Positions 28,290 to 38,066 of a DNA stretch of 64,000 nt are shown piece after piece; the stretch's first letter is position 1, and each line of letters begins with the position of its first letter. The position numbers and the translations under genes were made by a program. The notes under the pieces are model-generated. The model saw only the letters and a list, made by a program, of their open reading frames with translations, had not been told where the DNA came from and ran no database searches. Origin of the DNA: Rhodothermales bacterium (GTDB lineage: Bacteria > Bacteroidota > Rhodothermia > Rhodothermales > VXPQ01); contig JBBDTI010000067.1 in the NCBI GenBank assembly GCA_040904565.1, positions 1 to 64,000 on the forward strand. The letters run 5' to 3'.

Positions 28290-29435
28290 CTAACCGGAGA
28301 GGGCACGGTCGAGATCCTCGATCAGATCGTCCACATGTTCGAGTCCGACCGAGAGCCGAACGAGATTGTCCGGCGTCGCCGTCGGTTGTTCTTCGATCGA
28401 CGCACGGTGCTCGATCAGGCTCTCCGTTCCACCGAGGCTCGTGGCCCGCGCGAATACGTGGGTCCGCCCGACTACAGCCAGCGTATCCTCGGCCGTGCCG
28501 TCGACCTGAAACGAAAGCATCCCGCCAAAATCATCCATCTGCCGTGCTGCGACGTCGTGGCCGGGATGGGACGGATGGCCGGCATAGTGCACGTGCGTTA
28601 CGCGGGGATGCTCGTAGAGGAAATCGGCGACGGACCGGGCGTTTCTAGCATGGAGCGCCATACGTGCTCCCAGGGACCGCATGCCCCGCATCGCGAGCCA
28701 GGCACTGAACGGATCGAGCACGGCTCCTGCCGATCGCTGTTCGGCACGCACGCGGGTCCACCAGTCGTCATCGTACTTTGTCACGACCACCCCGCCCAGG
28801 ACGTCCGAATGTCCCGACAGGTACTTCGTGACGGAGTGCATGACGTAATCCGCACCCAGCTCCAGCGGTCGCTGCAGGAGGGGCGTCGCCCACGTAGAAT
28901 CCACGATGAGGCGGCTGTTCGCGTCGTGGACCACGTTCGCCACGGCACGAAGATCCGTAATCTTGGAGAGCGGATTCGACGGCGTTTCCGCCCACACGAT
29001 GCGTGTTTCAGGGAGGAGTGCGTGCTCCAGTGCGTCAAGATCGGTCATGTCGACCGTGGTTACGTGCAGTCCCCAGGGCTCGAAGGAATCTCTCAGCAGA
29101 CGCCGCACGCCGTAATAGACGTCGTCGGGTATGATGACGTGATCTCCGGGACGAAGGGACTGAAATACGGCGGCTGTAGCCGCCATGCCGGATGCAAAGG
29201 CGGAAGCGTCGACGCCTCCCTCAAGGAGCGTCATGGCGTCCTCGAACCGCCTCCTCGTAGGGTTGGCATTGCGCGTGTATACGTAACCCCCGGGATAGGA
29301 CCCGTCGGCTGCCCGTTCGTAGGTGGTCGAGAGATGCACGGGGGAAACCAGGTCGCGTGCCGGAGGCTGCGGGTCGCATCCGACCTGTGCGAGGATCGTT
29401 TCGATGCGGGACATGTCGTGCAGGTGTGCATCCAT
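28290..29435 (-). CDS. PLP-dependent cystathionine gamma-synthase/lyase family protein
   Basis: YTRNANPT, FASGMAA, ETPSNP, HSVTKYLSGHSD, SLGGTESL. Confidence 0.92.
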   Translation of the reverse strand: MDAHLHDMSRIETILAQVGCDPQPPARDLVSPVHLSTTYERAADGSYPGGYVYTRNANPTRRRFEDAMTLLEGGVDASAFASGMAATAAVFQSLRPGDHVIIPDDVYYGVRRLLRDSFEPWGLHVTTVDMTDLDALEHALLPETRIVWAETPSNPLSKITDLRAVANVVHDANSRLIVDSTWATPLLQRPLELGADYVMHSVTKYLSGHSDVLGGVVVTKYDDDWWTRVRAEQRSAGAVLDPFSAWLAMRGMRSLGARMALHARNARSVADFLYEHPRVTHVHYAGHPSHPGHDVAARQMDDFGGMLSFQVDGTAEDTLAVVGRTHVFARATSLGGTESLIEHRASIEEQPTATPDNLVRLSVGLEHVDDLIEDLDRALSG

Positions 29436-29600
29436 GGAACGTGTGCGCTAGGTTAGTCGTGGTTGTACCGCTCGAAGCACGTATCGAGTGTGCCCGGAAG
29501 CCTGTTGAACTTCACGGCCTTTGTGGTCGGGACCTTTCTTTCTGAGCTATGTACTGAGAGTAGCGAACGACGAGCAATCAAGAGGTAGAGATTCTACAAA

Positions 29601-30239
29601 ATGGATATCAGTGCACTGCGACGCGAGTACCGGGACGCAAACCTCGACGAGGAAGACGTCGAGGCGCACCCGGTCGATCAGTTTAAGATATGGTTTGATG
29701 AGGCGCTCGACGCGGAGAGCCGAGATCCGAGCGGCATGACGCTCTCGACCTCCGACGCGGCGGGGCGACCGTCAGCCCGAATCGTACTGCTGAAGAAGTT
29801 CGACCGTGACGGGTTCGTCTTCTTTACGAACTACGAGAGCCGAAAGGCACGTGATCTCGAGGAAAATCCATGGGCCGCGCTCACGTTCTGGTGGAACGAG
29901 ATCGATCGGCAGGTGCGGGTCGAGGGACGCGTTCGACGCACGCCGAGGGCGGTTTCGGTAGAATACTTTGTCGGACGACCTCGTGACAGCCAGATCGGCG
30001 CCGTGGCCTCGGCGCAGAGCAGCCGCCTCGCCGATCGCGATGCGTTGATCGACAGGGTCGACGTCGTGAGAGAGCGGTTTGCCGATCGTGACGTTCCCTG
30101 TCCGAAGAACTGGGGCGGATACCTGCTCGAGCCGAATGCGTTCGAATTCTGGCAGGGGCGGCAGAGTCGGCTGCACGACCGTATCGCCTACCGGATGGAT
30201 GAGCGCGGTGGCTGGAAGATCGAGCGACTCGCGCCTTAA
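29601..30239 (+). CDS. pdxH: Pyridoxamine 5'-phosphate oxidase
   Basis: RIVLLK, FTNYESRK, RQVRVEG, EFWQGR..RLHDR, RLAP. Confidence 0.96.
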   Translation: MDISALRREYRDANLDEEDVEAHPVDQFKIWFDEALDAESRDPSGMTLSTSDAAGRPSARIVLLKKFDRDGFVFFTNYESRKARDLEENPWAALTFWWNEIDRQVRVEGRVRRTPRAVSVEYFVGRPRDSQIGAVASAQSSRLADRDALIDRVDVVRERFADRDVPCPKNWGGYLLEPNAFEFWQGRQSRLHDRIAYRMDERGGWKIERLAP

Positions 30240-30255
30240 AGCGCCGGTTAGCGGG

Positions 30256-30720
30256 TTATCGGAACGCGCGGTCCGTGTATTCGTGGAGGGCGGCGCGATT
30301 CACGATGCGAAGAGAGGGCGTACTCAATCTCCCGGACGCCGTTCTTCGAAACGTGGCCCGCAGGAACAGCTCTTTGTTCGACGGCGCGGCGCCGGCGAAG
30401 CTGAACCCGCCCCAGTGGAAGATCCAGAAGGCCGAGTCCGGTTCGACGCGCAGCGTTCGTGCGACGAGCTCCACGAGGAGGGGCGCGTCGTCCAGCGTCG
30501 AACGTCCCGGATTCGCCGACAGCTCGTCGAGCACGACCGTGAGCGGACGCTGAACGCTCTCGGCCGAACGGTAGAGGCGTACGCGGCACTCGGACATCGA
30601 CGTGTAGCCGCGCCAGGTGAACGTCGTATCGACCAGCATCTGAGCTGACGCCGTGGCGGCAGTCCCTGCGCCAACCAGCGAGAGGAAGACTAGGACGGAT
30701 ATGCTAAGGCGGGTGTGCAT
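30256..30720 (-). CDS. Exported hypothetical protein
   Basis: Clear signal peptide (ATASA/Q) followed by a globular-looking domain. Confidence 0.7.
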   Translation of the reverse strand: MHTRLSISVLVFLSLVGAGTAATASAQMLVDTTFTWRGYTSMSECRVRLYRSAESVQRPLTVVLDELSANPGRSTLDDAPLLVELVARTLRVEPDSAFWIFHWGGFSFAGAAPSNKELFLRATFRRTASGRLSTPSLRIVNRAALHEYTDRAFR

Positions 30721-30779
30721 GCTCCACTAGACCCACCGGCACGGCAGATGTAACCTCTGCGCGTACCGATCGATGCGCG

Positions 30780-31955
30780 TCAGGCCACCGCCACCATCCG
30801 CATCTCCTCGAGAAACTTGACCGTACCGCTCGGCGGGCGGTAGACCTCGATGTGCTGCGAAAGGTTTTGCGAGTGGATGAATGCCTGAATCTTGCGGATA
30901 TACGTGTCGTTGAGCATCGTGCCTGCGCGCAGGAGTTTGGCCTGATATTCGACGGACTGCACGTCGCGGGCGAGGACGTCCATGTTCTGGAGCCGACTGA
31001 TGACCGGATTTTCCAGCCTGATGGACTCCATGGTGAGGGTCATGAGGAGGTGCAGATTCTCTTTCAGCCGAAGGCCGATTAGTTTCTGGTCGGCGTGCGC
31101 GCTGGCGAGCTCGCTCGGTTTTGGGATGGTGCCGAACGGCATCGCGATGGGTTCCAGAGGCAGGTGGAGCTGGGCCGTGCCTCGTGCCTGCGCGGCCGAT
31201 CGAAGGACGTCTTCGGTCAGCCCCATAACGTCTTTCAACGTCCGGAGGAGTCTGGTCTGAGAGAACTCGACTTGCCGGTGCACGGACTGCAGGAGCCGGT
31301 TCCCGTTTTCATCGTCAAGGTCGATGCGTACGTTCAGCCATTTCCCGGTCCCGGCCTGGAGGATGAGTATGGGTGCCCAGGCGCTGTAAACAGGATTCTC
31401 GCCCGTCTGTCGGGGATCGACTTCTTCGACGGGCTCCAGGTCCATCTGGCTGAACACGTTGCTGAGGACCGTAGGGTCCGTGAGCTCTTCGAGCAGCACA
31501 TCGATCGTACGCCCCGGCTTCTTCCTGGCGGACTCCACCACGTCGGACTTGTGGGTGTCGCCGGCGAGCACGTGTTTGATGACGCGCAGGCGCGCCTCCA
31601 TCTCCTGCATGCTCGTCGGCTTGATGATAAAGTCGTCCGCTCCGGCGTCGAGCACCCACGCCGCGTCGATGCGTCGATTCTCCGGCACGAGTGCCACGAG
31701 ATAGACGTCGGGCTTGGCGTCGCGCATGGCGCGACAGACCTGCTCGAAATCGACCAGCAGCGTGTCGAGCGACAGCAACGCCAGCTCGGGCGACTCCGGC
31801 TGGTAGAGGAGGCACGCGGCAGCGAGCTCGTCGCGCAGCTCGTCTACCGTAAAACCGAGCCGCTCGAGGATGCGTCGCAGCGTCACCCTCGTCACGACAT
31901 TCGATTCGGCGACGAGCGCGCGCATGGTCGGCATATGTTCTCCGGAAGCGCTCAA
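30780..31955 (-). CDS. Atypical response regulator with uncharacterised output domains
   Basis: RALVAES..ELALLS..AGADDFIIKP receiver; C-terminal DVLARDV..LLRAGTMLNDTYIRKI. Confidence 0.8.
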   Translation of the reverse strand: MSASGEHMPTMRALVAESNVVTRVTLRRILERLGFTVDELRDELAAACLLYQPESPELALLSLDTLLVDFEQVCRAMRDAKPDVYLVALVPENRRIDAAWVLDAGADDFIIKPTSMQEMEARLRVIKHVLAGDTHKSDVVESARKKPGRTIDVLLEELTDPTVLSNVFSQMDLEPVEEVDPRQTGENPVYSAWAPILILQAGTGKWLNVRIDLDDENGNRLLQSVHRQVEFSQTRLLRTLKDVMGLTEDVLRSAAQARGTAQLHLPLEPIAMPFGTIPKPSELASAHADQKLIGLRLKENLHLLMTLTMESIRLENPVISRLQNMDVLARDVQSVEYQAKLLRAGTMLNDTYIRKIQAFIHSQNLSQHIEVYRPPSGTVKFLEEMRMVAVA

Positions 31956-32809
31956 GGTATTATCGCTATTTCAGCCAGTACGGGGAGATGATCGGAGGGA
32001 AACCGATCACCCCATGTATCGGACAGAACGGCGTGCTTCATAACCTTCATTCCGTTATTCACAAAGATGAAGTCGATGCGCCGGTCCGGCTCGACGGCCT
32101 CGAACCCGCTCCACGTCGACGTGGGGCCGTGATGCGGCGTGCGGGACGCCGCAAGGGCGTCGGCCAAACCACCCGTGAGAATCCTGTACGGCTCTCCTGA
32201 CTCGACGGTGTTGAAATCACCGGTGAGCACGACCGGAAGGTCGTCGGCCAGCATCTCGATGCGCTCGAGGATCAGCTCGGCGCTTCGGGCGCGCGCCTCC
32301 TCGCCGCGGTGGTCGAAATGGGTATTGACGGCGAGAAAGCGTTCGTTGGTTTCGCGATCGCGAAACTCCGCCCACGTGGCGATCCGCTCGATCGCCGCAT
32401 CCCAGGATTTGCTGCCGGGCACCTCGGGTGTCTCGGAGAGCCAGAACGTATCGTGCCGGAGCGCCTCCAGGCGATCGGTTCGGTAGAAGATGGGGGAGAA
32501 TTCGCCGGCCTCTTCACCGTCCGCGCGACCGACACCGAGCCAGTTGTATTCGGGCAGGAGCGCTTGGAGATCGTCGATTTGCCCCTTGAGAGCTTCCTGG
32601 AGTCCGGCTACATCCGCGCCGTGGAATCGAATCATGCTGGCGACCATCTCCTTGCGCTTAGGCCAGGCATCCGGCCCGTCGTCCGGGTTGTCGAAGCGAA
32701 TATTGAACGTCATCGCGCGCAGCGGCTCGGCGTCCTCGATGTTGCGTGAGGATACGCATCCTGCCAGCAGGGTGATGCTCAGCAGCAAGAGCAGATGGGA
32801 ATGGCCCAT
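31952..32809 (-). CDS. Endonuclease/exonuclease/phosphatase family lipoprotein
   Basis: LAGC lipobox, MTFNIR, GLQE, NTHFDH, GDFN, IDFI, SDHLPV. Confidence 0.92.
   Translation of the reverse strand: MGHSHLLLLLSITLLAGCVSSRNIEDAEPLRAMTFNIRFDNPDDGPDAWPKRKEMVASMIRFHGADVAGLQEALKGQIDDLQALLPEYNWLGVGRADGEEAGEFSPIFYRTDRLEALRHDTFWLSETPEVPGSKSWDAAIERIATWAEFRDRETNERFLAVNTHFDHRGEEARARSAELILERIEMLADDLPVVLTGDFNTVESGEPYRILTGGLADALAASRTPHHGPTSTWSGFEAVEPDRRIDFIFVNNGMKVMKHAVLSDTWGDRFPSDHLPVLAEIAIIP
32016..32043 (-). promoter_or_regulatory. Putative gene-internal sigma28-type promoter
   Basis: Minus strand TTATGAAGCACGCCGTTCTGTCCGATAC, similar to the site at 11413. Confidence 0.35.
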
Positions 32810-32890
32810 ATCAATTCTCCTTCAGGTTAAGTTACATCCGATCGCTTCCGGTGTCTGCGGCCATTTTCGGCGTTCCAGCAAGAGGCCGCA

Positions 32891-32950
32891 GGTGAAACAC
32901 GCTGCAGCAGGGTGAAGCAAGGTGTAGCAGGGTGCAGCAGCGTTCACCAC
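32891..32950. repeat. 10-bp tandem direct repeat array (about 6 units)
   Basis: GGTGAAACAC GCTGCAGCAG GGTGAAGCAA GGTGTAGCAG GGTGCAGCAG CGTTCACCAC. Confidence 0.8.
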
Positions 32951-33190
32951 GGCGTGGGTGGGCGGTCTCCGGGCCGATCCCCCATGCAGAAGAAAAGCAT
33001 CCTCGCACTGCGAAGCATAGTGCCGAAAATCGACCTGCTGCGGTGTGGACGCACGGTCTTCCCGGCGGAGGGTCTTTTTCGAATCTTGAGGGTGGCAGCG
33101 GAACGACGCTGCCCGTACCCCCCTTCAAGACAGGTATGCCCGCGGGTACGGGCTGGGGAGTGAGGTTACGATGCATGTAGACGAGACCCG

Positions 33191-34483
33191 ATGAGCGATA
33201 TGCCACAGGTAGCCGGGGAAATACGATCCGCGGCGTTTCTTTTTAATGGACGGTATCACGTATTGATAGAATCCGACGGCGGCGGTCACTCCGCCTATGA
33301 AGGGCACCTGCTGACGCCCGAGCTGGGCATGGGGACGTGTCTGTACGTGGAGGACGTGGAAGCCGGACGGATCTGGACGGCGGGGTCGAAGGCTGTGCCT
33401 GCGGAATCGGCGTCGTACCGATTCGGAAGTGGGCCCGGCGCCTACCGCATGCGGCGGACCGAGGAGCCCGTGCGTGTTACGACGGACGTCTGCGTCGTTC
33501 CCAACCGCGATGCGGAACTCCGGCGATATACTGTTTCCAACCGGTCCGACCAAAGCAGGGTCGTCCGGTTGACGTGGATGACGGTGGTCGAGTCGGGCGG
33601 CGTTCCGGTGGTGACGGAGCGGGTGGACGATGGCGTGATGGCCGTACGGCGGGTGCCGAAGGGCGGCGAGATCTACTGGCTTCACGGACTCGTGAGGCCG
33701 CGCGGCGCGCTGCGTGCGGTGGAGACGAATGGTTCATCGTTCTTCGGGCCGGAGTGGTCCCATGAGCGTCCGCCGGGGCTCGAGGAGGGCCTATCGGACG
33801 AGACCGGGAGCGGCGAGGATGCCGTGCTGGGACTCCAGACGGAGGCCGAGATCGAACCGAATGCGGAGCAGACGTTCACGCTCGCGTGCAGTGCCGCCCG
33901 GTCGCGCCGCGCCGTTGAGTCCGCCGTCACGGCGCTCGCGAACCCGCAGGTGGTCGACGACGCATTCCTGGAGGCGGCGCTGAACGAACAGCGTGCACGT
34001 GACGGACTCAAGCTCGACCCAAAGACCGCCGCACGGTTTCACGCCGTCGCCGCGGCCATGCTCCGTGGTTCGCTGCGAGGGGAGCACCTCGATCTGTCCA
34101 CCGAAGATGAGATCATTGCGGAAGCGGCGGCTCGACTAGGTCTGGATCCGGAACGACTGCTGGTGGTCTGCCGGGTGTCGGACGAGTCCGAGTTGGATGT
34201 CGCTAAGACGGCGCTGAAGGCCAAGGCCTTCTGGAGCACGCTCGGCCTTCCGGTGCAGCTCCTTATCCTGAACGCGATGGAGGGTCCCGGTGCCAACGCG
34301 CTGCAGCAGAAACTGCACGAAAGCGTGGAGCTCGACGATGCATCGGAGCGAGACATCCTTCTTCGGCATGCCGACGTCGTTACGCCGGCGGACCAGAAGG
34401 CCGTTCAGGCCGCGGCTCAGCTCATTCTGACCCGCGATCGCGTCGGGCTGCTGCGCGGGGACGTCGATATCCCTTCCGGATGA
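33191..34483 (+). CDS. GH94/NdvB N-terminal-like (Glyco_transf_36) protein lacking the catalytic domain
   Basis: LFNGRYHVLIESDGGGHS, YVED..G.IWT, DAELRRYTVSNRS, ETNGSSFFG, LKAKAFW..GL.VQLLILN. Confidence 0.6.
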   Translation: MSDMPQVAGEIRSAAFLFNGRYHVLIESDGGGHSAYEGHLLTPELGMGTCLYVEDVEAGRIWTAGSKAVPAESASYRFGSGPGAYRMRRTEEPVRVTTDVCVVPNRDAELRRYTVSNRSDQSRVVRLTWMTVVESGGVPVVTERVDDGVMAVRRVPKGGEIYWLHGLVRPRGALRAVETNGSSFFGPEWSHERPPGLEEGLSDETGSGEDAVLGLQTEAEIEPNAEQTFTLACSAARSRRAVESAVTALANPQVVDDAFLEAALNEQRARDGLKLDPKTAARFHAVAAAMLRGSLRGEHLDLSTEDEIIAEAAARLGLDPERLLVVCRVSDESELDVAKTALKAKAFWSTLGLPVQLLILNAMEGPGANALQQKLHESVELDDASERDILLRHADVVTPADQKAVQAAAQLILTRDRVGLLRGDVDIPSG

Positions 34484-34709
34484 CGGTTTGCCGGCGCCTC
34501 GTTTTCCCACTTCCTATTATGTGTGGAGGCCGTAGCCCCGACCGACGGCGTCGCCGATCGGATGGCATGTGAAGACGGGACGGCTCCCCGGCAAGGTGTC
34601 CAAAAGGTCTCGCGCCTACAGCACGTCCACGACCTTCTGGCGGTTCGGACGGGCGACACGTTTGGCGGCGCGGCCCGAAATACCCGGCTGTATGTATTTA
34701 CTTGAAGGT

Positions 34710-36707
34710 ATGGTACGAGCGTTCTCTTTGGATCTACTCGCCGCATCACTCACGGCCGTACTGCTCGTGGCTGCGTGTGCCGGTTGCGCAGGTACGGAGG
34801 ATGGCGAAGAGGCCGTCGCCGCGTATCGCAATCTCGATCCGGACGTGGCGTACGTCGGCCGGGAAGCCTGCCGCTCGTGCCACCCGGACAAGTACGAGAC
34901 GTTCGTGGAGGCGCAGATGGGACGGTCGATCAAACCCGCGCATCCCGACGAAAGTGCGGCCCGATTCGATGGGGTCGATCCCGTTTACGACGAGGCGCTC
35001 GACCTGTATTATCGACCCGAGCGGTGGGGCGACGATCTCTTCGTCGTCGAGTATCGACTGGCGGACGGCGACACGACCCACAAGCGGACCGAGCAGATCG
35101 ACTTCATCGTCGGGTCGGGCCAGCATACCAACTCCCACATCATGTCCGTGAACGGTTACCTGTATCAGATGCCGCTCACGTGGTACGCGCAGGACGGAAA
35201 ATGGGACCTTCCGCCCGGCTTCGACGGGGGCAACAACTCCCGCTTCGATCGGCCGATTCCGGAAGCCTGTATGACGTGCCACAATGCGATGCCCGGGTTT
35301 GTGGACGGATCGGAGAACCAATTTTCGCACGTACCTGCGGGCATCGATTGCGAGCGATGTCACGGCCCGGGTGCCCTGCACGTCGAAGAGAAAGAGGCAG
35401 GGATGATCGTCGACACGTCGGTCCACGTCGACCGTTCCATCGTAAACCCGGCACGTCTGCCGCTCGACCGGCAGTTCGATGTCTGCCAGCGGTGCCACAT
35501 GCAGGGTGCCACCGTGTATGCGCCGGGGATGGGCCCAGGCGATTTTCGGCCGGGTATGGACCTGTCGGACGTGCTGAACGTGTTCTGGCCACGTTATGCG
35601 GACAGTACGCAGCAATTCATTATGGCCTCGCACCCGGATCGCATGCGGATGAGCGCGTGCTTCACGGGCAGCCACGAGGAGGGGGCGAGCTTCGAACCCA
35701 TGACGTGCACGACGTGCCACGATCCGCACGTGCCGATCGAGGCGCTGGGGTCGGATCATTACCGGGACGTGTGCCAGTCGTGTCACGAGCCGGAGGAGCT
35801 CCACGCCGATGGCGTAGATGCCATGGCTGCCGGTGCGTGTACGGAGGAGATCGTTCTCCGCGAAGAGGTCGGCGACGACTGCGTGCAGTGCCACATGCCG
35901 GTGTCCGGGTCGACGGACATTCCTCACGTTCGCGTCACGGATCACTTCATCCGCGTCGTCGACACGACCGGTAGCGTGAACGATGCGGACGTGGATGCGG
36001 CGAAGCGGTTGATCGGGCTGGCGAGTCTGATCGACGATGCGCCAACCCCCCGTGAGCGTGCGGAGGGATTCATGACCTACTTCGAAGAGGTCCAGAACCG
36101 GCCCGATTTTTTGGATTCGGCGGCCGTGTTAGTGGATCGGGCCGTGGAGGAGCAAGGGCCGACCGCCGTCGCTCCTTCCCTCGTGCGGTTACATCACCTG
36201 CAGCGCGATTTTGACGCGACGGTCCGGCTGAGCCGCGAGATCGCCATGGCCGAGATCGACGAGCCCTGGACCCACTATCGTGTCGGTGAAGCCTATCAGA
36301 CTGTCGGCAACGTTCAGGAAGCGATCGTCTACTTCGAGGAAGCGGTGCGCCGATCCCCCGCTCACCTGCGCTTCCTGAACAAGCTCGGCAGCGCCTACAC
36401 CGAGGCACGGCGCCTGGATGAGGCGCTCGAGGTCTTCGACCGTGTACTGAATGCCAACCCGAAGTACGCCGAGGCTCGAAACAACCGCGGGTTCGTCCAC
36501 ATCCTCCAGCAGGATTTCGAGGCGGCGGAGGCAGACTTTCTCGAAGCGATCCGGCTCGATCCCGACGCGGAAATAGCCTTCGCGAACCTCGCCTCGCTCT
36601 ACTTCAACACGAATCGCCGGGAGGAAGCCAGGCCCTATGCCCGGCGCCTGGTGGAGGAGCATCCCGACGATCCCAACTACCAGCGTCTCTGGGAGCTCGT
36701 TCGCTGA
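34710..36707 (+). CDS. Multiheme (7 CXXCH) cytochrome c554-like lipoprotein with TPR repeats
   Basis: CRSCH, CMTCH, CERCH, CQRCH, CTTCH, CQSCH, CVQCH, TDHFI and C-terminal TPRs. Confidence 0.88.
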   Translation: MVRAFSLDLLAASLTAVLLVAACAGCAGTEDGEEAVAAYRNLDPDVAYVGREACRSCHPDKYETFVEAQMGRSIKPAHPDESAARFDGVDPVYDEALDLYYRPERWGDDLFVVEYRLADGDTTHKRTEQIDFIVGSGQHTNSHIMSVNGYLYQMPLTWYAQDGKWDLPPGFDGGNNSRFDRPIPEACMTCHNAMPGFVDGSENQFSHVPAGIDCERCHGPGALHVEEKEAGMIVDTSVHVDRSIVNPARLPLDRQFDVCQRCHMQGATVYAPGMGPGDFRPGMDLSDVLNVFWPRYADSTQQFIMASHPDRMRMSACFTGSHEEGASFEPMTCTTCHDPHVPIEALGSDHYRDVCQSCHEPEELHADGVDAMAAGACTEEIVLREEVGDDCVQCHMPVSGSTDIPHVRVTDHFIRVVDTTGSVNDADVDAAKRLIGLASLIDDAPTPRERAEGFMTYFEEVQNRPDFLDSAAVLVDRAVEEQGPTAVAPSLVRLHHLQRDFDATVRLSREIAMAEIDEPWTHYRVGEAYQTVGNVQEAIVYFEEAVRRSPAHLRFLNKLGSAYTEARRLDEALEVFDRVLNANPKYAEARNNRGFVHILQQDFEAAEADFLEAIRLDPDAEIAFANLASLYFNTNRREEARPYARRLVEEHPDDPNYQRLWELVR

Positions 36708-36813
36708 ACGTCTCGCTTGCGAAGGACGTTCAACGCGGAGCTTCATGCTTCGTACCTTATCTGTGCCTACCGGACGAGCACCGTGAGGGGTTTACACGCG
36801 AGACATCCGCATC

Positions 36814-36846
36814 ATTACCTGAAGATTACTGGAAGACTACTGGCGA
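36814..36846 (+). repeat. 11-bp direct repeat x3 upstream of xylA
   Basis: ATTACCTGAAG ATTACTGGAAG ACTACTGGCGA. Confidence 0.6.
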
Positions 36847-36849
36847 GCG

Positions 36850-38019
36850 ATGAGCGATCCGTTTCAACCGAAACCTGAAGACAAGTTCACGTTTGGGCTT
36901 TGGACCGTGGGAAACGTCGGGCGGGACCCGTTTGGCGGACCCGTGCGCGAGACCCTCTCGCCCGTCGACCTCGTGCACCTGCTTGCCGACGTAGGCGCCT
37001 ACGGCGTCAATTTTCACGACAATGACCTGGTGCCCATCGACGCTTCGGCGGCGGAGCGGGACCGCATCGTTCGCGACTTCAAGCGGGCGCTCGACGAGAC
37101 GGGATTGACGGTGCCGATGGCGACGACGAATCTATTTTCGGATCCGGCATTCCGTGACGGGGCCTTTACAGCCAACGACCCGGCGGTTCGGGCGTATGCC
37201 ATCCACAAAACCATGCGAGCGATGGATCTCGGCGTGGAGCTCGGCGCGGAGACGTACGTGTTCTGGGGCGGACGGGAAGGTACGGAGTCTGATGCGACCA
37301 AGGATCCGGTCGATGCCCTCAAGTGGATGCGTGAGGCGATTAACTTTCTTTGCGAGTATGCCGTCGATCGGGGATACGACCTGCGGTTCGCCCTGGAGCC
37401 CAAGCCCAACGAACCCCGCGGCGACATCTATCTGTCGACCGTCGGCGCGATGCTGGGGTTCATCGCTACGCTGGATCGTCCCGAGATGGTCGGTGTGAAT
37501 CCGGAGGTAGCGCACGAGCACATGGCCGGGCTCAACTTCACGCACGCCGTCGCGCAGGCCTGGGATGCCGGCAAGCTCTTCCACATCGACCTGAACGATC
37601 AGAATCCGGGTCGGTACGACCAGGACTTTCGCTTTGCGGCGTACAATCCGAAAGCGGCCTTCTATCTCGTCAAGCTGCTCGAGGACGTGGGTTACGAAGG
37701 TCCGCGGCACTTCGACGCCCACGCATTCAGAACCGAAGACGTCCAGGGGGTAAAGGACTTTGCGCGCGGTTGCATGCGCAGTTACCTTATTCTTCGCGAG
37801 AAGGCCGTAGCCTTCGGGCGGGATGCCGAGATTCAAGCATTGTTGTCGGAGATCACGGAGCCGTCTGCCGACTACCCGGCGTACGATAGCGGTTACACGC
37901 GAGAAAGCGCCGAGGCGCTCAAGTCGCACCCCTTCGACCGTCACCAGCTTGCCGAAAAAGGATTGCAATACGAACGACTCGACCAGCTCGTGACCGATCT
38001 CCTGCTCGGCGTGCGCTGA
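36850..38019 (+). CDS. xylA: Xylose isomerase (class I, short form)
   Basis: [43 protein letters not shown]. Confidence 0.95.
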   Translation: MSDPFQPKPEDKFTFGLWTVGNVGRDPFGGPVRETLSPVDLVHLLADVGAYGVNFHDNDLVPIDASAAERDRIVRDFKRALDETGLTVPMATTNLFSDPAFRDGAFTANDPAVRAYAIHKTMRAMDLGVELGAETYVFWGGREGTESDATKDPVDALKWMREAINFLCEYAVDRGYDLRFALEPKPNEPRGDIYLSTVGAMLGFIATLDRPEMVGVNPEVAHEHMAGLNFTHAVAQAWDAGKLFHIDLNDQNPGRYDQDFRFAAYNPKAAFYLVKLLEDVGYEGPRHFDAHAFRTEDVQGVKDFARGCMRSYLILREKAVAFGRDAEIQALLSEITEPSADYPAYDSGYTRESAEALKSHPFDRHQLAEKGLQYERLDQLVTDLLLGVR

Positions 38020-38066
38020 GTGGCTCCATCCCCCGAACCTCATCTTTGCAAACAGCGCAACCCCGA

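Noticed and set aside
29436-29600. SAM riboswitch upstream of the transsulfuration gene
   Set aside because: No recognisable SAM-I/II consensus elements
32891-32950. Possible CRISPR array
   Set aside because: Units are 10 bp, contiguous and without spacers; no cas genes
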